A DNA stretch of 57,864 nt. It comes from a virus. Taxonomy: Duplodnaviria; Heunggongvirae; Uroviricota; Caudoviricetes. Where the stretch lies: IMG/VR virus record IMGVR_UViG_3300033141_002732. One strand, written 5' to 3'. The first letter of the stretch is position 1. Each line of letters begins with the position of its first letter. This document shows positions 17,436 to 27,624 of this stretch, in pieces. The notes under the pieces were generated by a model that was not told where the DNA came from, did no database searches, and saw only the letters and a program-made list of their open reading frames with translations. The translations under genes were made by a program, and so were the position numbers.

Positions 17436-17910
17436 GAAAAGTATAATTATTTCACCACATCCAGATGATGAAATTATTGGTTGTTTCGACATTTTACAAA
17501 ATAATGAATGTATTATTATATATTCTCATAAAATAGATAAGAAAAGAAGAGAAGAATCATTACAATTAAAAAAACACATGTCATCAAATGTTATAATGCA
17601 ATTCTATCTAAATAATATCCCACCTTATTTGTTAATTGAAGAAAATACATTTTATTTTCCCGATCCAATTTTTGAGAATCATCCTGATCATAGATATTGG
17701 GGTGCAATGGGAGAAAAATTATTACGAGAAAATAAATTAGATATTGTATTTTATAGTGTAAATATGAATGCTCCATATATTTATGAATCTTCTAATTCTG
17801 AAAAGAAAAAACTTCTTTTAGATACTGTATATGAAAGTCAAAAAGATTTATGGAAATATGATCATAAATATTTTTTATTTGAAGGTTATTGTAAGTGGTT
17901 AATAAAATAA
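17419..17910 (+). CDS. PIG-L/LmbE-family deacetylase
   Basis: ISPHPDDEIIGC and HPDH motifs. Confidence 0.8.
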   Translation: MQEKTKKSIIISPHPDDEIIGCFDILQNNECIIIYSHKIDKKRREESLQLKKHMSSNVIMQFYLNNIPPYLLIEENTFYFPDPIFENHPDHRYWGAMGEKLLRENKLDIVFYSVNMNAPYIYESSNSEKKKLLLDTVYESQKDLWKYDHKYFLFEGYCKWLIK

Positions 17911-17919
17911 GGAAAATAT

Positions 17920-18153
17920 ATGAATATTAGTCAAGTAATAGAATTGATTTCAACAATATTAACTTTAATTGGAGTTCCTCTTATTGCACATCCAAAAATT
18001 CATGGACTTTATGTTTTAGTCTTTGGACAAATTGGATGGACAATGTTTGCTATTTTAAATGATAAATGGTTCTTTTGTTTTCAAAGTATTTTTTTATTGA
18101 TATTAAATATTGTTGGAATTCAAAACTGGAAGAAAAAGAAAGTAGGAATATAA
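17920..18153 (+). CDS. Small membrane protein, PnuC-like
   Basis: Three hydrophobic segments with a GIQNWKK tail. Confidence 0.5.
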   Translation: MNISQVIELISTILTLIGVPLIAHPKIHGLYVLVFGQIGWTMFAILNDKWFFCFQSIFLLILNIVGIQNWKKKKVGI

Positions 18154-18175
18154 AATATAGAAAGGAGAAAAGAAT

Positions 18176-18481
18176 ATGCAATCACCATTTGATGGACAAC
18201 TTGGAAAAGGGGTAATATGGGCACTTCAACAATATGGAGATCTATCAGCAAAAGATATATCTAATATAATTGGTTGGAAAATAAAATCTGTTCAAGATGA
18301 AATTAGGAGAATTACAAAAGAAACAGTTCTTGGTTTATGGATTGAAAAAGTAATAGATAATAGAGTAAATGTTTATTCTTTACATGAAACTTTTCGAAAA
18401 GCACCTTTAGATGTAGTTTTGACAATGGCAAAAGATACATATAAATTTAATTCTAACATTTATGAAAGATTGCAAAAGTGA
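18176..18481 (+). CDS. HTH DNA-binding protein
   Basis: LSAKDISNIIGWKIKSVQDEIRRI. Confidence 0.55.
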   Translation: MQSPFDGQLGKGVIWALQQYGDLSAKDISNIIGWKIKSVQDEIRRITKETVLGLWIEKVIDNRVNVYSLHETFRKAPLDVVLTMAKDTYKFNSNIYERLQK

Positions 18482-19425
18482 GCAGATTACTTTACATTCC
18501 ACAATTACCAGTTAAGATGAGATATTCTGAGTGGCATTTACCAATATTCAAAAAAGAATTCAAAAGAGAATTTGATGAAGTTATTATAATTGGAGAAAGA
18601 TATTTGGAACAATTACAGGGAATTAACAAAGACAAAGAATATTTATTTTCGAATACTTATGAAGCTATAAGATTTGAACTGGAACAAATACATGAATATA
18701 TGGGAATGAAAATATATAATGATGATATTTTATATTTAGCAGATTTAAGTTTTCCTGGATTTTTTGCAAATGTTTTACATCATAAAAAACCTAAAAAATG
18801 TTTTGCATTTTGTCATGCTACTTCTAAAAATTCTTATGATTATTTTGCTCCAGTTAGAAAATCTAAATGGAAAGTTGAAAGTGGTCAAGCTAATATATTT
18901 GATAAAATTTTCATTGCTTCTGAATATCATATGAGAAAACTTGGTTGGGAAAATGTTTTTATAATTGGTTTACCATATCCTCCATTTATGAGTTCACCAT
19001 CATTCTTTAAAGATAATGATGTAATAAGTGTTTCTAGACCATCAATTCAGAAAGTAGATAAGAAAATAGAAAAATTCATTGAAAAGAAATATGGAAAAAT
19101 TCATAGACAAATTTTTGATTCTTGGAGTGATTATTATAGATTTATTGGAAAAAGTAAGATAATGTTAATTACTTCTAAAGAAGAAACTTTTGGATATCAA
19201 ATTGTGGATTCTGTTCTTAATGGATGTATTCCTTTAGCTCCAAATAAATTTTCATATCCAGAATTATTATCTAAAGAATTTTTATATAGTAATAAAGAAG
19301 AATTAGATTATAAAATTGATAGTATATTAAGTGGAACTTTTGAGTATAAATCACAATTAAAATATTCTTGTTCTTTAAGAATGAAATTGTTTTTTGAAAA
19401 CATTATTACATTTATGAAAGGATAA
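18478..19425 (+). CDS. GT-B (GT4-like) glycosyltransferase
   Basis: EETFGYQIVDSVLNGCIPLAPNKFSYPEL motif. Confidence 0.75.
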   Translation: MSRLLYIPQLPVKMRYSEWHLPIFKKEFKREFDEVIIIGERYLEQLQGINKDKEYLFSNTYEAIRFELEQIHEYMGMKIYNDDILYLADLSFPGFFANVLHHKKPKKCFAFCHATSKNSYDYFAPVRKSKWKVESGQANIFDKIFIASEYHMRKLGWENVFIIGLPYPPFMSSPSFFKDNDVISVSRPSIQKVDKKIEKFIEKKYGKIHRQIFDSWSDYYRFIGKSKIMLITSKEETFGYQIVDSVLNGCIPLAPNKFSYPELLSKEFLYSNKEELDYKIDSILSGTFEYKSQLKYSCSLRMKLFFENIITFMKG

Positions 19426-19451
19426 AAAAATAAGAGAGGAATTTAAAATAG

Positions 19452-19991
19452 ATGCCTTTTAAGACTTTTTATAATTGGTTATTTGATGGAGATTTAAAAT
19501 CACAATTTCCAAAACCAAAAGTTAATAATGATGGAAAAGTTATAGTACCAGATATTTTGAAATATAATTCTCCTATTACTCATAAATATGTTATTAGTGT
19601 TTTTATGTCCAATGGTAAGTTAAATAATTTTTTAAATACTTACTTTAATAATATTGGTTTGTTATATTTAGATAAAGCTGAGTTTTTTAAATTTATGAAA
19701 AGATGTGTAATTGATTTTAAGATTAAAAGAAAAGATATATTATTTATTCCATTTAAAAAACAAGATAAATTATTTAATTTATTACGTGATAAAATAGCAG
19801 TTGTTAAAGATCATGATATAACTCTTTTATGTGATATAATAAATACATCAAAAGATAAAAGAGAAATCTATAAGAGTTTAGGATTGGAAGATGTTAAAAA
19901 AGAAAAAGTTAAACAAAGAAAAAAAACTGACAAAAAAATAACATTAGAAGATTTTTTATCCGAAAATTTTTCAGTTGTAGAAATTAAATAA
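19452..19991 (+). CDS. Hypothetical protein, possibly a clamp-loader small subunit (gp62-like)
   Basis: Only size, context and weak pattern resemblance. Confidence 0.3.
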   Translation: MPFKTFYNWLFDGDLKSQFPKPKVNNDGKVIVPDILKYNSPITHKYVISVFMSNGKLNNFLNTYFNNIGLLYLDKAEFFKFMKRCVIDFKIKRKDILFIPFKKQDKLFNLLRDKIAVVKDHDITLLCDIINTSKDKREIYKSLGLEDVKKEKVKQRKKTDKKITLEDFLSENFSVVEIK

Positions 19992-20011
19992 AGCTTCTAC
20001 AACTGAAAAAA

Positions 20012-20629
20012 TTAAGGAGTAATAAATAATTTTGTTAATCTTTCTATTGATTTATTATTAAGAAGAGGTTGAGTTAGAGATTTTTGTTTTCTTCCAGTTC
20101 CTCTACAAATTTTACATGTTAATATTTCGCCAATACTGCCTTTAATAGTTACTGTTTTTTTTCGTATTCCAGTTCCCAAACATTCTTCACAAGGAATATT
20201 ATTTTCTCTTATTGAATTTCTATTATGATAAATATATATTCCAGTTCCTTTACATGTTTTGCATGTTACTTTTTTTCCATTATATTTTGTAAATAATCCA
20301 GATCCATTACATTTTAAACATAATGAATGTTTTATTCCAGTTCCATTACATACATCACATGCTGCTGAAATAATTTCTTCTTTTGGATAGTATTGTTCAC
20401 CTAATCCATTACATTCATCACAAATAGAATCAAATGGAGTTGAAACAATAATTTTTCCTTTGTTTAAAAACATATCCATTATTAGGGGTCGAATTAATTC
20501 ATTCTTATGTAGAGTTATATTTTCTACTTGTGAATTGTCTTTACTTCTTATTAATTCTTCATAATTTATTAGAATATTATCTACATCTGATCCATTTTTT
20601 GTCAACATTAAAATATAATCTCTAATCAT
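20012..20629 (-). CDS. DnaJ-type multi-CxxCxGxG zinc-finger protein
   Basis: Six CxxCxGxG repeats. Confidence 0.75.
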   Translation of the reverse strand: MIRDYILMLTKNGSDVDNILINYEELIRSKDNSQVENITLHKNELIRPLIMDMFLNKGKIIVSTPFDSICDECNGLGEQYYPKEEIISAACDVCNGTGIKHSLCLKCNGSGLFTKYNGKKVTCKTCKGTGIYIYHNRNSIRENNIPCEECLGTGIRKKTVTIKGSIGEILTCKICRGTGRKQKSLTQPLLNNKSIERLTKLFITP

Positions 20630-20756
20630 TTTTCCTCCTTATTTTTTATAAAAGATATTTAACAATTATTTATATATATAATTATTTTCTTAATAAAATA
20701 TTTAGAAATATTTTTTTATTGGAAGAACAAAAAATTAAAAAGGAGTAGTTAAAGAC

Positions 20757-23700
20757 TTGATATCAATAAAAAAATCTTTTGCTAATTGTTCTATTTGTCC
20801 ATTATTACATGCTCCATCTTGTATATTAGAAACTAATTGTGAAGACGATTTAAGAAAAGTTGAAATTGTTTTTATAGCTGAGAATCCAGGAAAAAATGAA
20901 GTTTCTCATAAACCTTTTCCAATTCCGTTAATTGGAAAAAGTGGTCAGATATTTAGAAAATATTTCAAACAATTCAATCTTAATAAACTTAAATATTTAA
21001 TTACTAATGTGGTTTTATGTCAAACAATTAAAGAAGATGGAACAACTGGAAATCCTGATTTAGACGTAATTAATTTATGTAAAGAAAATTGTTTTAATAT
21101 TATTAATATTGTAAAGCCAAAATTAATAGTTATTATGGGAACAAGTCCGCTACAAGCTTTTGATATTGCTAAATCTGGTATAACAAATATTAGAGGAGAA
21201 ATATTTAAATGGAATGGTTATGATATATTAGTAACTGTTCATCCATCTTATGTAAATAGAAATAAAACATTTGAACCAAAGTTTGCTGAAGATTTACAAA
21301 AAGTTGCAGATTTAATGGGAGTTAAAAATTTAAATTATAAACAAGAAATTTCAGAAATTAAAAGTTTAAATAAATCTGGAGTATATTATTATAAAATTCC
21401 AGATAAATTTTATACAGATGATTATAGATTAGTTGATGTTCAATTTTTAAATAGAACAAATCAAATATTGTATATCTTTAGAGATAGAAATAATAATAAA
21501 ATATATCATAGAGAAAATGATGATTATATTTGTTATCAAATTCCAAAAGGGAGTAAAATAGAAAATAGACATTTAGTTTCATATGATAATTTAGTTCAAA
21601 TAAAACTTCCATATAAGAAGAAAACTACTTTAGATTCTAATATTACTTATGAAGGCGATTTGAAATTAGTAACAAAACATGCTCAAGATTATTATTTACA
21701 AACGAAAGATGAAGCACCAGAATTAGATTTAAATATTTTATATTTAGATATTGAAACTTATAGTGAAAGTAAAGAATTTCCAAAACCAGAGAGTGCTAAA
21801 GCTGTTATATGTATGATTACATATTATTATCATAAAAACTTAATTACTTATGTTATAGATAATAAAATATTATTGAAAAATAAAAATGTTGAAGATATTA
21901 GTTTAGACAGTGATATAGAGAATAGTAAAATTATAGTTTGTAATAATGAGAAAGAATTAATAACAAATTTTTTAAATGATTTACATTCATTAGATCCTGA
22001 TGTTGTTACTGGATGGAATTGTATTGATCAGAATGAATTTATATTTTTAAATGATAGACTTTGTAAAATAAAAAAAGTTTGTCAAGATGACAAATTACTT
22101 CAGTCTAATTATATAAAAAAACATTTTTATACTGGGAAGAAAGATAGATTTAAAATAAAGTTAAAAACAGGACATTTTATTAATACTTCTATAAATCATA
22201 AATTTCCTGTATTTTTGAAAGAGAAAAATAAATTTTATCATAAAGATTTATTATTAACAAAACAAATTGATTTATCAGTAAAAGAGATAATTGAGAAACA
22301 AAATAATTATGATATATATTTTAAGGTTGAGAGACATAAAAATAAAAATGTTAATTATACATGGCGAAATTATTTACTGGAGAATATAGAAAATATTTTA
22401 AAATTTAATAATATTGACATTATGATTAAGGATGAAGAAATTCGGAATAAATTAAAAGTAAATTTAGAAGCTAGACAATTAATATCAATAAAAGATCATT
22501 GGTATGGGAAGAACTTTTTTAGAAATAGATCCTGGAAATACAAAAATTTAAAGAAGTTTATAACTAAAGAAGAGTTATTAACACAAATTAATAAGTATGA
22601 TTTTCAAACTTTTCGTATTGGAAATATGACAAATGTTGATATAGATATTTCAAAAGAAATTGATCTTGAATCTCTACAATTGTTAGGTTTTTTATATACT
22701 GATGGATTTTGGTCAAAATATTGTAATAGTTTTTGTTTTGATAATAAAAATTTTCAAGTTGCTTTTTTTTATAATGAAATATTGAATCAAAAGTATAGAA
22801 CAAAATATATTAATATAGAAAAAAAATGGAACAAAAGGGATAAATTATATACTTTTAGTTCTGGTTATTGTAATGCATTTGTTCTTTTAATGCCATTAAT
22901 ATATAATTCAGAAAGAAATAAAGAAATACAAACTGAAATTTTATCTAGATTATCATATCTTCAATTTGTTTCTTTTTTATCTGGAACTATCGATGGGAAT
23001 GGGAGTGCAAATAAGACACATTTGATAATTTGTTGTTTTGAAAATAATGGTAATGATATTAAATCGTTACATCATTTACTTGATTGGAATGGAATTTTTT
23101 CTTATTTAAATAAGAATAGTGTATTAATACCAAGATTTCAATATAATATTGATCTTTTGGAAAATCTTTCTGTTGTACATTCAAAAAGATCTAAGTTTAC
23201 AAATATAAATAATATTTGGAAATTTAAAAATAGTTGTTCAAAACATATTGATAAATTTATTGATGATAAGTATGTAATATCTAAATTAATTGATGTTAAA
23301 GAAAATGGTAAAGAGCATATGTATGATATAGAAACTTCTGATCATTATTTTGTTTGTAATAGTATTAAAACACATAATTGTCACGGTTTTGATTTTCCAT
23401 ATATTTATTATAGATGTCCAAAGGTTGGAATTGATCAAAATAGATTATCTAAATTTAAAGAAGTATACATTGATCCAAATAGAAACATAGTAGATATTGC
23501 GGGAACAGTTACTTTAGACCAATTAATTTTATACAGAAATTTTACATTTACAAAAAAGGAAAATTATAGATTAGGAACTATTGCTAATATTGAACTTGGA
23601 CAAGAAAAATTAGATAGTGGAAGTAACTTTTCAGAAATGTATAGAGAAGATGTTAATAAATCTATTAAATATAATATAAGAGACGTAACTTTATTAGTTG

Positions 23701-25394
23701 ATCTAGAAAGAAAATTAAAACATATTGGTTTACAAAATGAGATTAAGAAAATAAGTAAAAATAGTTTTAAAGCATCTACTAGTAATATGGGAATGTTAGA
23801 TTCATTATGTATAACCTTTTTAAAAGAGAAAGGGATAGCATCAAGAAATTCTAACCTTTATGGAGAAAAAGCTGAAAAGTTTAAAGGAGCTTTTGTTAAA
23901 GAACCAATCATTGGTGTTCATGATTATATTGTTGATTTTGATTTTACATCTCTATATCCAAGTTTGATCATAACGTATAATATTGGTGTAAATACTTTTG
24001 TTATGAAATTTAAAAATAAAGATTATGGTTATGAATTCATGTATGATTTTGATAAGTTACCAGATAAATTAGAAATTATTATAGATCCATTATTTTCTAA
24101 AAAGGAAGTGGTAGTTACAAAAGAACAATTACTAAAAAAAGTTAAAGACTCTAATTTAATTAGTACAATAAATGGTTGTTTTTTTAAACAACATGATAAA
24201 GAATTATCTTTTTATAGTGAAATTTTAGAAGGATTATTAACTTCTAGAAAAGAATATAAAAAGAAAATGTTTGATGCTAAGCAAGAAAATAATGAAGATC
24301 TTAGGTCTTTATATAATACAAGACAAATGGTTTTAAAGATTTTTGCAAACGCTTTATATGGAGTATTAGGAAATAATATTTTTAGATATTTCAATACAGA
24401 TTTAGCAGAAAGTATAACTTTATCAGGACAGGAAGCGTCTAAATTTTCTATGATTGAAGCTAATTCTTTTATAAGTAAGTTAAAAAATGGAAGTTATATA
24501 AAACCAGATATAATTACAAAATCAGAAATGTATGGAGATCTCTCAAGAGAAACTAGATATGTAGTTACAGGTGATACAGATTCATTATTTGCTGTGTTGG
24601 ATGACTTAGTAGAAAAGAAAAAAAGTAAAGAAGAAATAATAAATGATATTTCTCATTTCTGTTCTGAAATTCAAGATTTTTTAAATAAAGATATTATTTT
24701 AAATATTGTTAAAAATAGAAATGTAGATGAAAGTAGAAATAGATTAGAGTTGAAAAATGAGTTAGTTATTAAAAGAGGACTTTTTCTTTCTAAAAAACAT
24801 TATGCTATTAATGTCATTTCTCAAGAGGGAAGAGATACAGATGAAATTAATTATATGGGTGTTGATGTTAAAAGGTCTGATTATTGTTCATATACTAAAG
24901 AATGTTTACAAGAATTATTTGAAATGATTTTAAAAATTGAAAAATTATCTATTCCAAAATTAACAGAATTTATAAAAAGAAAAGAAATAGATATGATTAG
25001 AAAAATTGAATCTGGAGATAAAAGTATTGCAAGACCTGTTTCTTTTAATAAACAATTAAAAGATTATAAAACTATTACACCAGGTGTAACAGGAATGCTT
25101 AATTGGAATAAATTAATATATGAAATATTTACTGTCGGAACAAGAGGTTATTTATTTAAATTGAATGGAATAAATTTAGATATGGCACCAAAAAATGTGG
25201 TAGATATATATAATAAAGAATTTTTATCAAAAGGAATTAAATTAGAATATGTCACATTACCTGATGAAGAAATTTCTCTTCCTAAATTCTTTATAATTGA
25301 TATAAAGAAAATGTTAGAGTTTGCATGGACAGCTAGATATTCTCAAGTTATAGAACCAATTGTAAGTATGAAACAAGAAATATTAACTTTTTAA
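20757..25394 (+). CDS. Family B DNA polymerase with an N-terminal family-4 UDG-like domain and an intein
   Basis: AENPG, HPSY (UDG); DIET, GWN..FDFPY (exonuclease); DFTSLYPS, KIFANALYG, GDTDS, KKHY (PolB). Confidence 0.95.
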   Translation: MISIKKSFANCSICPLLHAPSCILETNCEDDLRKVEIVFIAENPGKNEVSHKPFPIPLIGKSGQIFRKYFKQFNLNKLKYLITNVVLCQTIKEDGTTGNPDLDVINLCKENCFNIINIVKPKLIVIMGTSPLQAFDIAKSGITNIRGEIFKWNGYDILVTVHPSYVNRNKTFEPKFAEDLQKVADLMGVKNLNYKQEISEIKSLNKSGVYYYKIPDKFYTDDYRLVDVQFLNRTNQILYIFRDRNNNKIYHRENDDYICYQIPKGSKIENRHLVSYDNLVQIKLPYKKKTTLDSNITYEGDLKLVTKHAQDYYLQTKDEAPELDLNILYLDIETYSESKEFPKPESAKAVICMITYYYHKNLITYVIDNKILLKNKNVEDISLDSDIENSKIIVCNNEKELITNFLNDLHSLDPDVVTGWNCIDQNEFIFLNDRLCKIKKVCQDDKLLQSNYIKKHFYTGKKDRFKIKLKTGHFINTSINHKFPVFLKEKNKFYHKDLLLTKQIDLSVKEIIEKQNNYDIYFKVERHKNKNVNYTWRNYLLENIENILKFNNIDIMIKDEEIRNKLKVNLEARQLISIKDHWYGKNFFRNRSWKYKNLKKFITKEELLTQINKYDFQTFRIGNMTNVDIDISKEIDLESLQLLGFLYTDGFWSKYCNSFCFDNKNFQVAFFYNEILNQKYRTKYINIEKKWNKRDKLYTFSSGYCNAFVLLMPLIYNSERNKEIQTEILSRLSYLQFVSFLSGTIDGNGSANKTHLIICCFENNGNDIKSLHHLLDWNGIFSYLNKNSVLIPRFQYNIDLLENLSVVHSKRSKFTNINNIWKFKNSCSKHIDKFIDDKYVISKLIDVKENGKEHMYDIETSDHYFVCNSIKTHNCHGFDFPYIYYRCPKVGIDQNRLSKFKEVYIDPNRNIVDIAGTVTLDQLILYRNFTFTKKENYRLGTIANIELGQEKLDSGSNFSEMYREDVNKSIKYNIRDVTLLVDLERKLKHIGLQNEIKKISKNSFKASTSNMGMLDSLCITFLKEKGIASRNSNLYGEKAEKFKGAFVKEPIIGVHDYIVDFDFTSLYPSLIITYNIGVNTFVMKFKNKDYGYEFMYDFDKLPDKLEIIIDPLFSKKEVVVTKEQLLKKVKDSNLISTINGCFFKQHDKELSFYSEILEGLLTSRKEYKKKMFDAKQENNEDLRSLYNTRQMVLKIFANALYGVLGNNIFRYFNTDLAESITLSGQEASKFSMIEANSFISKLKNGSYIKPDIITKSEMYGDLSRETRYVVTGDTDSLFAVLDDLVEKKKSKEEIINDISHFCSEIQDFLNKDIILNIVKNRNVDESRNRLELKNELVIKRGLFLSKKHYAINVISQEGRDTDEINYMGVDVKRSDYCSYTKECLQELFEMILKIEKLSIPKLTEFIKRKEIDMIRKIESGDKSIARPVSFNKQLKDYKTITPGVTGMLNWNKLIYEIFTVGTRGYLFKLNGINLDMAPKNVVDIYNKEFLSKGIKLEYVTLPDEEISLPKFFIIDIKKMLEFAWTARYSQVIEPIVSMKQEILTF
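22020..23378 (+). mobile_element. Intein with LAGLIDADG endonuclease in the PolB exonuclease II motif
   Basis: GWN|CIDQ ... KTHN|C junctions; LLGFLYTDG and FLSGTIDGNG motifs. Confidence 0.9.
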
Positions 25395-25450
25395 AAAGTT
25401 TGATTAAATTTATTATTTTTAGAACAAAAATATAAATAGAAGGAGAATTT

Positions 25451-26128
25451 ATGGATAATAGAAAAATTGAATTAATTGAATCAATTGTTACTTATCAGGG
25501 AGAAGGAGTTGATAGAGGAAAAAGAGTTTTATTATTAAGATTTAAATATTGTGATCGAGTAGAAAATAAAAATCCATGTCCGTTTTGTGATACTATTTTT
25601 AAAATGGTAACTATTAAAGAAGAAGCTTATAATGTAAATGATTTACAAAATATTATTCATGAAGAAAAATGTGGTTTATTAATAACTGGTGGGTGTCCAA
25701 CTTTTGGTAAACATTTTGATGATACTTTGTTTATATTAAATAATTTTTATTTTCCTTTTGTTAATGTAGAATCTAATGGATATAAATTACCTGAATTAAT
25801 TAGAAATGTAAATAATCAAACATATATTAAATATATATATTCACCTAAAATTTTTAACAAAGATGATCTTGATATAGAAAAGGAAAGAACTGAAAAACTA
25901 ATGAAATATAATAATGTTTATGTTAAATTAGTTGTTGAAAAAAATGATCTAATTATTAAATATCTAGATTTTCTCAATACTTTTTCTATATCTAGCAGAA
26001 TTTTCTTGATGCCAGAAGGTGATACTCAAGAAAAATTATTAAAAAATTTACCAAAAACAATTGAATTGTCTAATAAATATAAAACTGGTTTCTCTGGTAG
26101 AGATCATATTATATATAACTTTGTGTAA
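25451..26128 (+). CDS. queE: QueE-like radical SAM protein
   Basis: YQGEG..G....LRF..C....CPFCDT, ITGG, ESNG and LMPEG motifs, with Cx8Cx2C spacing. Confidence 0.85.
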   Translation: MDNRKIELIESIVTYQGEGVDRGKRVLLLRFKYCDRVENKNPCPFCDTIFKMVTIKEEAYNVNDLQNIIHEEKCGLLITGGCPTFGKHFDDTLFILNNFYFPFVNVESNGYKLPELIRNVNNQTYIKYIYSPKIFNKDDLDIEKERTEKLMKYNNVYVKLVVEKNDLIIKYLDFLNTFSISSRIFLMPEGDTQEKLLKNLPKTIELSNKYKTGFSGRDHIIYNFV

Positions 26129-26143
26129 GAAAGGTTTTTATAA

Positions 26144-26422
26144 ATGAATATTCAAACAAATAGAGAAGTTGGAGTATTTGTAGAATCTAAAGTCGGAGAA
26201 AGTACTGAGGAATTAATTCGAAGGTTTAAGAAAAAATATTCAAAAAGTGGAATTCTTCAAGAATATAGAAATAAAATGTTTTTTGAAAAACCATCTGTTA
26301 AAAAAAGAAAGAAATCTTTATTAGCAGAAAGAAGAAGACAAAAAGAAGAAGAAAAACAAATAAGAACAATTGAAAAAATAAAAAAGAAAAGAGATAAAGA
26401 AAAAAGGAGAAATGAAAGATGA
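26144..26422 (+). CDS. rpsU: Ribosomal protein bS21
   Basis: [14 protein letters not shown]....GILQEYR...[12 protein letters not shown] signature. Confidence 0.88.
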   Translation: MNIQTNREVGVFVESKVGESTEELIRRFKKKYSKSGILQEYRNKMFFEKPSVKKRKKSLLAERRRQKEEEKQIRTIEKIKKKRDKEKRRNER

Positions 26423-26682
26423 TGATTCAAGGAGTTAAAGATAAAATAATTGCAGTAGTTTTAAAAAATCCTAAAACTAGTGAAGGCGGAATCGTTTTAC
26501 CTGATGCTGTTGAACCTCCACAAAAATTTGGAAAAGTTATTTCAGTTGGAAAAGATGTTGAAGAAATTAAAATTGGTGATATTATAGTTTTTGCAAATTT
26601 TGGTGGACAAGTTATTTTAGATGGTAATCAAGAGTTTCGAGTTTTATTGTATAATGAAATTTACGGTGTTGTAAAAGAGTAA
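26419..26682 (+). CDS. groES: Co-chaperonin GroES
   Basis: [33 protein letters not shown] motifs. Confidence 0.9.
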   Translation: MMIQGVKDKIIAVVLKNPKTSEGGIVLPDAVEPPQKFGKVISVGKDVEEIKIGDIIVFANFGGQVILDGNQEFRVLLYNEIYGVVKE

Positions 26683-26695
26683 GATATTTATTAAT

Positions 26696-26768
26696 GCGGG
26701 AGTAACTCAGTTGGTAGAGTCACTGATTTCCAATCAGACGGTCGGGAGTTCGAACCTCTCCTCCCGCT
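26696..26768 (+). tRNA. trnG: tRNA-Gly (TCC)
   Basis: GCGGGAG/CTCCCGC acceptor stem, loop TTTCCAA, TTCGAAC T-loop, U73 (bacterial type). Confidence 0.93.
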
Positions 26769-26787
26769 TTTAAGAGGTATTTTAATT

Positions 26788-27606
26788 ATGAAAAAATATA
26801 CAAAATATTTATTAACTTTATTTTTAGGTTTATTTCTTGTGGGTTTTCTACCTTGTATGCTAAATATAAAAAAAGATCACATAGAGAAAAAAAATAATTC
26901 TATTTTTTACTATGAAAATGTATGTAAAAAAGGAGATAATTTAGAGAAAATTATAGATAGTGTATTAATAGTAGAAATTAATAAAGTTTATACTAACGGT
27001 CATACAAGTAATATAAAAGCTTTATGTACTAATATTGGAAATGGTTTTGGAGTAATTTTAAGTCATACTTTTCTTCTTTCTGATAATTCATATATGAGAA
27101 CTCCTTATGGTTTATTAATGTATAAACCAGAATTACATTCAAAAGAAATTTTATTTAATGAAAAGGAAGTAGAATTAATTGGAAGTTATCAAGATATTTC
27201 TGTTATTAAATTACCCGATTATCAAAAAGATATAGTCATTGATTTTGGGGATTCAAATGAATTGAAGAATGGAACGAAACTTATTTCAATTGGTTTTTCA
27301 AGTAATATTAGAAAAAATATAAAAAATGGAATTGTTTCTTTTCCTAATTGTGGAAAAGAATTTTTTGGGTCTTTGCGAGAAGTAAATAAAGAATGGTATA
27401 TAAATAATACTTTTCTTTCTACTCTTCCATGTAATGGTGGAGATAGTGGTGGAATAGTTATATCAAAAAATAAATGTGGAAAATTTGAAATTGTGGGTTT
27501 AGTATGTAGCATGTATGGAAGATTAAATGGGATGACTTTTTCATTGAAGTCAAACTATGTAAAATATGTAATAAAGAAAATATTAAATTCAAAAAAGAAA
27601 GTATAA
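26788..27606 (+). CDS. Trypsin-like serine protease with an N-terminal membrane anchor or signal
   Basis: SH, QDIS and GGDSGG catalytic motifs; hydrophobic N-terminus. Confidence 0.8.
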   Translation: MKKYTKYLLTLFLGLFLVGFLPCMLNIKKDHIEKKNNSIFYYENVCKKGDNLEKIIDSVLIVEINKVYTNGHTSNIKALCTNIGNGFGVILSHTFLLSDNSYMRTPYGLLMYKPELHSKEILFNEKEVELIGSYQDISVIKLPDYQKDIVIDFGDSNELKNGTKLISIGFSSNIRKNIKNGIVSFPNCGKEFFGSLREVNKEWYINNTFLSTLPCNGGDSGGIVISKNKCGKFEIVGLVCSMYGRLNGMTFSLKSNYVKYVIKKILNSKKKV

Positions 27607-27624
27607 ATTGAAAGGAATTGAAAA

